From a virus (lineage: Duplodnaviria > Caudoviricetes): a DNA stretch of 25,577 nt. The notes beneath the pieces are model-generated. The model saw nothing but the letters and a program-made list of their open reading frames with translations, did not search any database and was not told the DNA's origin. The stretch lies in IMG/VR virus record IMGVR_UViG_3300044724_004329, positions 1 through 25,577 of that record; one strand, written 5' to 3'. Every line of letters starts with the position of its first letter. Position 1 is the stretch's first letter. Both the position numbers and the translations under genes were made by a program. Shown here one piece after another: positions 7,056-15,022 of this stretch.

Positions 7056-7660
7056 TCCCTAAAGTGAGTCCCTTCGAAACTTACAAGGCATACCTTGGTC
7101 TCAAAAATCATTTCACGAAACCAAAATACGATTACATCAAGTATTGTGGTAAGTCTCGTGCGACCTTGCAATCGTTTTACAAGCGTAAGGATCGTTTCTT
7201 TTTTGAGAAGTTAAGTCGTCAGAAGGATGACAAAGAAGTCGTGGATTTCTTTGTGTCTAACTTTGTTGCCTGCAATGATCCTCAATCTCTCTGGATTGGT
7301 GAGATCATGCAGAGCGGAGAAACAAATTTCACTGAATGGAAGAAGAGAGTTCAGTCACTCTCTTATCACTTCAAACAAGAATCAACTGATCTCTTTGAAG
7401 GAAAGAAGTTTGATTCAATCTTTGCGATCAACGGGTCATCTCACCCACCGATCATCAAAGAACATCTTCAGAACAAAGTTTCTTTGGAAACACTGGTTCT
7501 GTTAGAAAGAATCCTGGGATTCAAGAAGAACTTCGACAAGAAACTTCAGGATCCTGTGTGGGAATTTCTGTCAATGAGGATGGAAAAGTATTCACCCTTT
7601 CTAAATATTGACGTGTTCCATTATAAAAAGATCCTTAAGGAGGTCGTGGTAAACAAATGA
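7052..7660 (+). CDS. gp59: helicase loader gp59
   Basis: YLGLKNHF, YDYIKY, FYKRKDRFFFEKLS, SLETLV; GTG start; synteny. Confidence 0.9.
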   Translation: MIPKVSPFETYKAYLGLKNHFTKPKYDYIKYCGKSRATLQSFYKRKDRFFFEKLSRQKDDKEVVDFFVSNFVACNDPQSLWIGEIMQSGETNFTEWKKRVQSLSYHFKQESTDLFEGKKFDSIFAINGSSHPPIIKEHLQNKVSLETLVLLERILGFKKNFDKKLQDPVWEFLSMRMEKYSPFLNIDVFHYKKILKEVVVNK

Positions 7661-7989
7661 GTTTCTTCTCATCCGATATTGTCCAACAAGAGATGGATGA
7701 CATCGCAAGACTCCAAGAAGAGATCTACGGTGCTGTCTTCCAGTTTCCTCAAATGGATAAGGAGGAGAAAATGAAGCACGTCGAACTGCTGAGTAATCTT
7801 CTCAAGAAACAACAAGTCCTTTACACAAGGATGAGTCTGTCTGATGATCCTGAAGCAAAGACCATGAAGGAGAACATCATGAGATCCGCTCAGGATCTTG
7901 GGTTCCCTCCCGATGTGGACATTGCTTATGTTTTTAACAACATGACCAAGGTTCTCGATGAAATGAGAGGATCGATTGAACGATCCTAA
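7657..7989 (+). CDS. DUF1825-like cyanobacterial/cyanophage protein
   Basis: MSFFSSDIVQQE...RMSLSDDPEA; lies between gp59 and gp32. Confidence 0.75.
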   Translation: MSFFSSDIVQQEMDDIARLQEEIYGAVFQFPQMDKEEKMKHVELLSNLLKKQQVLYTRMSLSDDPEAKTMKENIMRSAQDLGFPPDVDIAYVFNNMTKVLDEMRGSIERS

Positions 7990-8056
7990 GTTTTTGTGTC
8001 ATCATTATCATGTGGAATACACAAAAGCCAAATAACAACAAATAGGTACAACACAA

Positions 8057-8977
8057 ATGTCTTTTTCTCAACTCAAGAAGCAATCTTCTCTCGGTAATCT
8101 GACTTCCAAACTGGTGAAGGAAGTCGAGAAGATGAATGGCAATGGTGGTGGTTCTGGAGCGGACGAACGCTTCTGGAAACCCGAAGTGGATAAAACTGGT
8201 AACGGTTATGCAGTGCTTCGCTTCCTTCCTGCTCCTGATGGTGAGGACCTTCCCTGGGTGAAGGTGTTCTCTCACGCTTTCCAGGGTCCTGGTGGTTGGT
8301 ACATCGAGAACTCCCTGACCACTCTTGGTCAGAAGGACCCTCTCGCTGAGATCAATCGTGGTCTGTGGAACTCAGGCACCGAAGCAGATAAGGAGACTGC
8401 TCGCAAGCAGAAGCGTAAACTGTCCTTCTATGCAAACGTTTATGTCGTGAAGGATCCTGCTAATCCTCAGAATGAGGGTCGCGTGTTCCTTTACAAGTTC
8501 GGTCGCAAGATCTTTGACAAGATCATGGATGTAATGCAACCCGAATTTGAAGACGAAAGTCCCATCAACCCCTTTGACTTCTGGCAAGGTGCTAACTTCA
8601 AACTGAAGATCACCAAGAAAGATGGTTATTGGAATTATGATAAGTCTGAGTTCGATCGTCCTGGTCCCCTCCTTGAAGACGATGATGCTCTGGAATCAAT
8701 CTGGAATAAAGAACACTCTCTGAGTGCATTCACTTCTCCCGACAACTTCAAGACTTATGAAGAACTCCAGCGTCGTCTGGAAGCAGTTCTCAACCGTCCT
8801 GTGAGTGGTGTGAGGGAAGAGGTTACTCCTGTTGAACTCGAAGCAAAAGCATCCCGCCCCAACTTCGAGCGCAAACCCGAACCCGTTGAAGATGATTTCG
8901 ATTATGGTTCGCAGTCGTCCATGACTGACAGTGATGACGATGCACTAAGTTACTTTGCTAAGTTGGCTGACTCCTGA
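8057..8977 (+). CDS. gp32: single-stranded DNA-binding protein gp32
   Basis: DERFWKP, GNGYAVLRFLP, WYIENS, GANFKLK, NYDKSEF; acidic C-terminal tail. Confidence 0.96.
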   Translation: MSFSQLKKQSSLGNLTSKLVKEVEKMNGNGGGSGADERFWKPEVDKTGNGYAVLRFLPAPDGEDLPWVKVFSHAFQGPGGWYIENSLTTLGQKDPLAEINRGLWNSGTEADKETARKQKRKLSFYANVYVVKDPANPQNEGRVFLYKFGRKIFDKIMDVMQPEFEDESPINPFDFWQGANFKLKITKKDGYWNYDKSEFDRPGPLLEDDDALESIWNKEHSLSAFTSPDNFKTYEELQRRLEAVLNRPVSGVREEVTPVELEAKASRPNFERKPEPVEDDFDYGSQSSMTDSDDDALSYFAKLADS

Positions 8978-9005
8978 GGGAAAATCAGCTTTTGATTTCA
9001 AAATA

Positions 9006-9033
9006 GTCCAGAAAAATTTTCTGGGCATTTTTT
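9006..9033 (+). terminator. terminator between convergent transcription units
   Basis: GTCCAGAAAA-A-TTTTCTGGGC inverted repeat followed by ATTTTTT. Confidence 0.55.
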
Positions 9034-9048
9034 GTGCCTATTACTTTT

Positions 9049-9171
9049 TCAATGCGCGGTTCCGTTTCCTTTATAGTCGTCAGAATCGTAATATCCGCCC
9101 TTTGTGCCGAAATAGAGAGTTGTGAGAATAAAGGGCACTGAGACCCAAATGAGTGCAATCTTTAAAAGCAT
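9049..9171 (-). CDS. ndhP: NdhP-like subunit of photosynthetic NDH-1 (40 aa); not in ORF track
   Basis: MLLKIALIWVSVPFILTTLYFGTKGGYYDSDDYKGNGTAH: one TM helix plus the NdhP C-terminal FG-x-x-x-G-[FY]-YD-x-D-x-Y-x-GNG-x-AH motif; starts 1 nt after the upstream stop. Confidence 0.85.
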   Translation of the reverse strand: MLLKIALIWVSVPFILTTLYFGTKGGYYDSDDYKGNGTAH

Positions 9172-9172
9172 G

Positions 9173-9391
9173 TTATTTCAGAGTAAGGTTGATCCAGGGT
9201 AACATTGGTGGAATCACTCCGATGAGTCGAAGGAGACCTTCAGCAAAAAGTGCAAGAACAACCCAACCAACACACATACTGATAATTGCAGCATTACGAT
9301 TATGTTTTCGTATGGCATCGTCAATCATCTCCTGACACTCTTCCCGAGTGACTAAATGTGTGGGTGGGATCTTTTCCATTCTGTGACTCAT
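9173..9391 (-). CDS. small membrane hypothetical protein
   Basis: MIDDAIRKHNRNAAIIS followed by a hydrophobic stretch; coupled to neighbours. Confidence 0.75.
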   Translation of the reverse strand: MSHRMEKIPPTHLVTREECQEMIDDAIRKHNRNAAIISMCVGWVVLALFAEGLLRLIGVIPPMLPWINLTLK

Positions 9392-9534
9392 GGGTTTTGG
9401 GGATCGAGTCCTAAACTAATCAGATAATCAATCCACCATTGTGGATCATTTTGTCTTTTCCATTCTGGAACGGTCAGACCTTTTTCAGAATAATATTCTA
9501 GCAGAGCGTCATCGATAATCTGTGCGATTTCCAT
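9388..9534 (-). CDS. small hypothetical protein
   Basis: MEIAQIIDDALLEYY...PQWWIDYL; in-frame ATG with GAGGA upstream. Confidence 0.6.
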   Translation of the reverse strand: MEIAQIIDDALLEYYSEKGLTVPEWKRQNDPQWWIDYLISLGLDPQNP

Positions 9535-9718
9535 ATTCCTCTTCCTCTTCGTCAACGTCTGCATATGCGTTTGCCACATAAGGTCCGTGTGGTTTTTTGG
9601 ATTCTTCTCTAACATAGGACTGCTCGTTGTTAACCGCTGAGATCCATAAAGAAAGTTTCATAATGATCCAAATCATCGCAAGTGGTAAAAAACAGGCAAC
9701 AAGGATTAAAGGTTTCAT
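9509..9718 (-). CDS. small membrane hypothetical protein
   Basis: MKPLILVACFLPLAMIWIIMKL TM helix, acidic tail; GGAGG RBS. Confidence 0.7.
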   Translation of the reverse strand: MKPLILVACFLPLAMIWIIMKLSLWISAVNNEQSYVREESKKPHGPYVANAYADVDEEEEEYGNRTDYR

Positions 9719-9915
9719 TCCTCCAACTCCCAACACTTTTGGAATTTGTCTCTTAATTCATTTATCTTGATTTGTTTCTGAAATTCCAAAATGTGCTCAT
9801 TTATCTGCTTTTCCTCATCTGTTAAATCCATGCGATTTTTCAGTTTGAGGTCAATTAGACGCACCATGTCCATATAGTGCTCTGTTCCTTTGAGAATGAA
9901 CTCTTCGTAAGTCAA
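9715..9915 (-). CDS. hypothetical protein
   Basis: 66 aa, TTG start overlapping the upstream stop. Confidence 0.7.
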   Translation of the reverse strand: MTYEEFILKGTEHYMDMVRLIDLKLKNRMDLTDEEKQINEHILEFQKQIKINELRDKFQKCWELEE

Positions 9916-10229
9916 TCTCTCTGTCTCCAGTCGTCTGGTCTGTCTTGTTTGAACCAGTCAATCACATCATCCGCACTTTCGAACCCCTTTTTGTGATTGG
10001 ATGGGTCGGGGTCACCTAATCCCATCCTATTCATAAAATCATCCAGACTTCCTTCCTGCATGTCTGGATTGGATGCCTGTCGTCGTGCTTTTCTCAGCAT
10101 TTCGTTGGCAGAAGTATTTGATTTTGCAAGTTTTTGAGCCCAGATCATGTCATCCAGGCTGACTTCCTCATTGAGAGAAATCTGACGGCAGATTCCCTCA
10201 AGGCGCAATCGATATTGCGTTGAAAGCAT
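9912..10229 (-). CDS. conserved cyanophage hypothetical protein
   Basis: MLSTQYRLRLEGIC...LGDPDPSNH...PDDWRQRD; AGGGGG RBS. Confidence 0.8.
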   Translation of the reverse strand: MLSTQYRLRLEGICRQISLNEEVSLDDMIWAQKLAKSNTSANEMLRKARRQASNPDMQEGSLDDFMNRMGLGDPDPSNHKKGFESADDVIDWFKQDRPDDWRQRD

Positions 10230-10249
10230 GTGTTCCCCCTTTGGTTAAA

Positions 10250-10918
10250 TCATCCGTAAAGACGAATGTTATCTCCCCTCGTGACAGAAGGAGAGATGTA
10301 CTGTGTCGATCCTTCCTGATAAGGCATGATCCTTTCGAGATCATCGATAATGAGACCAATGTAAAAGTCTTTGATCAAATAAATGTTTCTTCTGTCATTT
10401 TGCTTTCTTTCCTCATAATCATAATTTGTGACTGCATAAGTGAAACTTGAAGAAGTCTTCTCTGATGCTGTCCCACGATCATAATAAGTAACAGAGATAT
10501 TCTGTGGAACTTCCAGTCCTTTGGGGAAAATGACATTTCCCAGAGTATCAGTCACTTCGTTACTTTCGTAATGATGGACGGCATCGATGTTTTGCTCAGA
10601 TCCATACTTTCCAAGCAAATAATTTTGGAATGACTGTTGATCCAAAGGCCACTCTTCGACTTGATTGATCACATTATTGGAAAGAAGGACCAACCAGTCA
10701 AGATCGGGATCATCATAAACTTTGTTCGCAACTTCATCTGGGCGCTCATCACCAACAATCTTATATTTGGTGAAATATGACAAATCCGAGAAAATGTCAG
10801 GACGAATGATCCCTCTCTTAAACAGGTTTTTGACCTGAATGTAATCATTGATTTTCTTAGCGTCATTTAGACGACTAACGTAATCAAAATTAGGAACGTA
10901 ATCGAAGTATTGTGCCAT
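10250..10918 (-). CDS. gp53: baseplate wedge protein gp53
   Basis: YKIVGDERPDEVANKVYDDPDLDWLVLLSN (LysM-like), WP, HHYE, TNYDYE motifs. Confidence 0.9.
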   Translation of the reverse strand: MAQYFDYVPNFDYVSRLNDAKKINDYIQVKNLFKRGIIRPDIFSDLSYFTKYKIVGDERPDEVANKVYDDPDLDWLVLLSNNVINQVEEWPLDQQSFQNYLLGKYGSEQNIDAVHHYESNEVTDTLGNVIFPKGLEVPQNISVTYYDRGTASEKTSSSFTYAVTNYDYEERKQNDRRNIYLIKDFYIGLIIDDLERIMPYQEGSTQYISPSVTRGDNIRLYG

Positions 10919-10921
10919 TGT

Positions 10922-12352
10922 TTAGAACCCCATGTCGTTCGAATCGGTGTCAAAATCTTCAGCATAAAGTGGAGCAATCTCTTCAAATTGCATGTTCAAC
11001 GCATAAGTTGGCATTGATCCATCACTGTATGTCATATAATTACCAGTTGGGTTGTAATCCACTGAGAATCCTTTACATGCACATGGTTTGAATTTATGCA
11101 AGAATGGATGCTGCCCAGATCCATTGTAAACATATTTCAGTGTGAAGATGTCGGGGGTGAACAGATAAAGACCATTATTTGAGACTCTTGGGTGAATGCT
11201 CTTTTTGAAGAATTTGATAATCTGTTTTACTCTGTTTGCTTCTGCTTCATCTCTAGGAGAAAGAACGAAACTAAAATTGAAACTTCTCAAGTTTGGACCT
11301 TTGAACAGAAGTTCCATGTTTGGATTGACTACCGTTCCGCTTGCACGAGCAGTGATGTTTGTTCCAACTGCTTGTCCAGCGAAATAAGCAGCAATAAAGT
11401 ATTGAGAAGCGGAATCTGTTGCGAAGTCTTGCACCGATTGCACCGCGCTGGATGCCATCGTCTTCGCAGATTGAAGACCCCCTTCAAGTGAAAAGTCTTT
11501 TCCAAGTGCTTGAATTCCACCAAGAGCCATATCTGACATTGCTGCCTCAAGAAAGGTCAATTGATCCGAACCCCAGTCGATGCCATTCATCTCTTGGATT
11601 TTCTTCTGCATTGGGAGTTGAACCGTTCCAAGTTTGTCTCCAAGTCTAAACTTACCACTCATTCTTGAGTCTTTCGTTCCACCAAGAATGCTGTTTCCAC
11701 CTCGCCCACCCTGAATGGTTTTACTTGCAGAATACTTGTGAGCAGTGATTTCAATATAATCCAATCCAAATTGACTTACATCATTAAGTGGATAACGAAG
11801 TGCCGTTGCTGAAGGAAGAGAAGACGTTGGGGGACTTTGATCAAGAGATTTAATCTCTAAACCAATGTTTGGATCACTGTAAAACCCAGTGTTTGGAACA
11901 CCATCTTTCAGAAATGCTGCTGGTGATCCAAATGGATTTCCACTTGTGACTGATCCATCTTGGTTGACAACTTGACCAGTGATTGGATGTTGAAGACCAG
12001 GAACTTTTTGTGTGTCAACGAAGTATGCCTGAAGATTTTGTGCGTCTTTCACACTGGCATAATTTGATGTGGTGTTCAGAACTGCAGCTCGATCTTCATT
12101 AAAAAGTTTAGTTGCTGAGTTATAAAATGTCTTTTCAAATGCAGTGGTTGTTAGTTGTGGTATTCCTTTCGCTCTGTTATTATAAAGTCTGGTAAATCTC
12201 TCTAAATCGTCAACCTTCCAGTTGAAGTCACTCGAAGATGCCAAAACATCGGAAGAACCAGATGTCAGTTGAATCTTGCCTGAATAAAGGTCAGTAGTTT
12301 CATCGACCTTCAGACCGTTCCATATTCTCGATGAACTTACTGTTGTTGCCAT
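10922..12352 (-). CDS. gp48: baseplate tail-tube cap gp48 with N-terminal extension
   Basis: LRYP, VNPNMELLFKGPNLRSFNFSFVLSPRDEAEA, LNMQFEEI; next to gp53. Confidence 0.88.
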   Translation of the reverse strand: MATTVSSSRIWNGLKVDETTDLYSGKIQLTSGSSDVLASSSDFNWKVDDLERFTRLYNNRAKGIPQLTTTAFEKTFYNSATKLFNEDRAAVLNTTSNYASVKDAQNLQAYFVDTQKVPGLQHPITGQVVNQDGSVTSGNPFGSPAAFLKDGVPNTGFYSDPNIGLEIKSLDQSPPTSSLPSATALRYPLNDVSQFGLDYIEITAHKYSASKTIQGGRGGNSILGGTKDSRMSGKFRLGDKLGTVQLPMQKKIQEMNGIDWGSDQLTFLEAAMSDMALGGIQALGKDFSLEGGLQSAKTMASSAVQSVQDFATDSASQYFIAAYFAGQAVGTNITARASGTVVNPNMELLFKGPNLRSFNFSFVLSPRDEAEANRVKQIIKFFKKSIHPRVSNNGLYLFTPDIFTLKYVYNGSGQHPFLHKFKPCACKGFSVDYNPTGNYMTYSDGSMPTYALNMQFEEIAPLYAEDFDTDSNDMGF

Positions 12353-12371
12353 TAGACAATGTTATGGTCTT

Positions 12372-12770
12372 TTAGTTATTTAGAACGAATTTCTGAAATG
12401 GAATAGAACGCATGTTTTCCAATTCGTTGGGATAAACGAGGTGAAAGTTGCTCATGCACTCTTCCCAGGTGTAATTGTGAAAATCATTCCAATGATAATT
12501 CAGTCCACGAAATCCCCAAGGGTAAACACCAACACATGCAATCAGAGGAAACTCATCATATTCAATAAGTGATGTTTTTGCACTATATATAAAGGTATAA
12601 TATCTTCCAACTGATGGTGCAACCTCAATGTCAGTGAGAATTCCCATCAATTCTGTCATGATGTCATCAGGATCACGCATGTTAACGAGTTCCTGTTGAA
12701 TGTCAGCAGAGAGTCTGTTATTATCGTTTTTTAGGTAGTCTTCTTGTTGGAGGTCTTCTACGCTTGCCAT
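12372..12770 (-). CDS. DNA end protector gp2-like protein (short form)
   Basis: GRYYTFIYSAKT..YDEFPLI..GFRGLNYHW; lies between gp4 and gp48. Confidence 0.65.
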   Translation of the reverse strand: MASVEDLQQEDYLKNDNNRLSADIQQELVNMRDPDDIMTELMGILTDIEVAPSVGRYYTFIYSAKTSLIEYDEFPLIACVGVYPWGFRGLNYHWNDFHNYTWEECMSNFHLVYPNELENMRSIPFQKFVLNN

Positions 12771-13224
12771 AAGGTTTGATTCCTAAATCGTCTTCTGTGA
12801 GGATTTTGAACTCAACACCATTGTCAAGACAGAACTCTGATGCTGCTTTCCACTTTGCCTCATTCTTTGTCCAAGTTTTGACCTCATTGATGTAAGTCTT
12901 TGTGACTCGATCTTTTCTAACTGGAGGAACAGTTTGTTTCTTGGGTTTGATTTCGATGAGGTACTTTTTGATCTCACCATTTGGTCTCTTCATTTCAACG
13001 AGAGCATCTGGATAATAACGATGAACTCTCCCATCAAGTGGATTCACATAAGGAATTGAAAATTCTTCTGCTGCATACTTGAGGACACTTTCATTACGAT
13101 CGCACCATTGAAAGAAGTGCAACTCCCAAGAACTTCTGTAAATGATGTTGTTTGCGTCACCTTGATACTTCTCAGGATGTTGTGGATGAAATCTTCCCTG
13201 GTGCCACTTTGCATCCCTCGGCAT
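12721..13224 (-). CDS. gp4: head completion nuclease gp4
   Basis: HPEKYQGD, IIYRSSWE, HRYYPD, IEIKP, NEAKWKAA (TnsA-like fold). Confidence 0.92.
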   Translation of the reverse strand: MPRDAKWHQGRFHPQHPEKYQGDANNIIYRSSWELHFFQWCDRNESVLKYAAEEFSIPYVNPLDGRVHRYYPDALVEMKRPNGEIKKYLIEIKPKKQTVPPVRKDRVTKTYINEVKTWTKNEAKWKAASEFCLDNGVEFKILTEDDLGIKPYGKRRRPPTRRLPKKR

Positions 13225-13230
13225 AACCCA

Positions 13231-13261
13231 CTAAATAACAATATAAGTATCAATATTTATA
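13231..13261. promoter_or_regulatory. pair of late promoters for the divergent gp4 and gp54 units
   Basis: CTAAATA on + (13231-13237); perfect TATAAATA on - (13254-13261). Confidence 0.75.
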
Positions 13262-13262
13262 A

Positions 13263-14096
13263 ATGGCTACCAGCAGTTCTGGTTCACCAAATCCAAGCAG
13301 AGTCAGAACTTCTGACTTCAAGAGCAGAGTTCTTCATGTTGCTCAGACCTCTGTTTATCTTGTTAAGTTGCAACCACCTCCAGCAGTTGCCGCTTTTCTG
13401 AGTGGAAGAGGTTTGAATTATGCACTTTCTGGTCCAGACATTGAGTTAGCCTGCACACAAACTTCTCTTCCTGGTCATCAGTTGAACACGATTGACGTGA
13501 TGAACGATTATCGTGGTGTAAGTGAGAAGATGGCATATCGAAAGCAATATGATAATCTTGCATTCACATTTTATGTGGATCATGATTATGATGTGGTTCA
13601 AATGTTTGAAGGTTGGATCGATTATATTGCTGGTCACACATTGACTGAAAATCAATACATCAATCAATATGCTTCTTATCGAATGAATTATCCAGAGGGA
13701 AGCGGAGGATATCGTTGTAACAGTGTTTATGTCACAAAATTTGAAAAGGATGTTGGGGCAAGAAAGTCAGGATCTCAAAGTAAGTTGGATTACACTTTTG
13801 TTGGTGCTTATCCATTGAGCATCAACTCAACTCCTGTTTCTTATGCACAAAGTGATGTTCTCAAATACACTGTGAATATGACTTATATTAGATATGTTAT
13901 GTCCCGTAAGGGTAGGGGTGGTCCTGGAAGTACCACTCGTGTATCGCCATACAGATTCCAAGAACCTGGTTCTACATCTGGTGGGTCTAACAACACGGCA
14001 CCAACTCCACCAAATGGCAATCCAACACCAAGTGTAGACCCAACTGCAAGAAGACAAGGTGTCGCAAGAGACGCTAACGGATTCCTGATAAGATAA
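13263..14096 (+). CDS. gp54: baseplate tail-tube initiator gp54-like
   Basis: Tail-tube fold motifs TSLPG, FTFYVD, FEGWID, AYPLSI; divergent from gp4. Confidence 0.75.
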   Translation: MATSSSGSPNPSRVRTSDFKSRVLHVAQTSVYLVKLQPPPAVAAFLSGRGLNYALSGPDIELACTQTSLPGHQLNTIDVMNDYRGVSEKMAYRKQYDNLAFTFYVDHDYDVVQMFEGWIDYIAGHTLTENQYINQYASYRMNYPEGSGGYRCNSVYVTKFEKDVGARKSGSQSKLDYTFVGAYPLSINSTPVSYAQSDVLKYTVNMTYIRYVMSRKGRGGPGSTTRVSPYRFQEPGSTSGGSNNTAPTPPNGNPTPSVDPTARRQGVARDANGFLIR

Positions 14097-14123
14097 CTAA
14101 ATAACCTCATCTGATCTTACATA

Positions 14124-14843
14124 ATGCCTTTACCAAAGATTGCAACTCCTAATTATGAGTTGACATTACCTTCGACAAAGAAGAAAATTCAATATCGTCC
14201 CTTCCTTGTAAAAGAAGAGAAACTGCTTGTTCTTGCACTTGAGAGTGAGGATCCTAAACAAATTTCAACCGCAATCAAGCAAGTCCTGAAAGGTTGTATT
14301 GGGACCAGAGGAGTTAAGATTGAAACTCTTCCAACGTTTGACATTGAGTTTTTGTTCCTCAACATTCGTGCAAAGTCTGTTGGTGAAGAAGTTGAGGTAA
14401 CACTCACTGCTCCAGATGATGGTGTTACTCCTGTCAATGTGACAATTAACATTGAGGACATCGAAGTTCAGGAGTTGGAGGGACACACAAAACAGATCAA
14501 ACTCGATGACAGTTTGATGATGGAGATGAAGTATCCATCACTTGATCAATTCATCAAGAACAATTTTGATTTTGCTGGAAATGCAACTCTGGATCAATCA
14601 TTTGAGTTGATCGCATCCTGCATCGATAAGATTTACAGTGAGGATGAAGTTTGGGCAGCAGCAGATTCCACAAAGAAAGAACTCGTTGAGTTTCTTGAGC
14701 AAATGAACTCCACTCAGTTCAAACAGATTGAGAAGTTCTTTGAGACGATGCCGAAACTTCAGCACAACGTTGAAATTGTAAATCCCAAAACTAAAGTCAA
14801 GAGCACTGTCGTTCTGGAGGGTTTGAACTCTTTTTTCGCTTAG
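14124..14843 (+). CDS. gp26: baseplate hub protein gp26 (possible tail assembly chaperone)
   Basis: MPLPKIATPNYELTLPS, YRPFLVKEEKLL, FDIEFLFLNIRAKSVGE, LEGLNSFF; CTAAATA at 14097-14103. Confidence 0.92.
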   Translation: MPLPKIATPNYELTLPSTKKKIQYRPFLVKEEKLLVLALESEDPKQISTAIKQVLKGCIGTRGVKIETLPTFDIEFLFLNIRAKSVGEEVEVTLTAPDDGVTPVNVTINIEDIEVQELEGHTKQIKLDDSLMMEMKYPSLDQFIKNNFDFAGNATLDQSFELIASCIDKIYSEDEVWAAADSTKKELVEFLEQMNSTQFKQIEKFFETMPKLQHNVEIVNPKTKVKSTVVLEGLNSFFA

Positions 14844-14864
14844 GCATGATCCACATGGATCTTG
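14816..14864 (+). other. candidate programmed -1 ribosomal frameshift signal
   Basis: GGAGG 14816-14820; T-TTT-TTC 14831-14837 in the gp26 frame; hairpin 14845-14864; -1 frame open into the next ORF. Confidence 0.65.
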
Positions 14865-15022
14865 AGGGTTACTTCAAACTCAATTTTGCCTTGATGCAGT
14901 ACCATAAATACTCTTTGACTGAGATTGAGAACATGATCCCTTGGGAAAGGGATATCTATGTCGCTTTATTACAGCAACACGTAGAGGAAGAAAACGAAAA
15001 GGTACGTCAACAGAATGGATGA
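14846..15022 (+). CDS. gp51: gp51-like baseplate hub assembly protein (58 aa); not in ORF track
   Basis: NFALMQYHKYSLTEIENMIPWERDIYVALL motif; directly after gp26. Confidence 0.85.
   Translation: MIHMDLEGYFKLNFALMQYHKYSLTEIENMIPWERDIYVALLQQHVEEENEKVRQQNG

Noticed and set aside
12721-13224. TnsA-like endonuclease suggesting a transposon
   Set aside because: Motifs and synteny identify it as gp4; no terminal repeats or transposase seen.
13900-14096. Pro/Gly/Thr-rich C-terminal tail of the gp54-like protein as a possible insertion element
   Set aside because: Low-complexity extension with no intein, intron or endonuclease signature visible.
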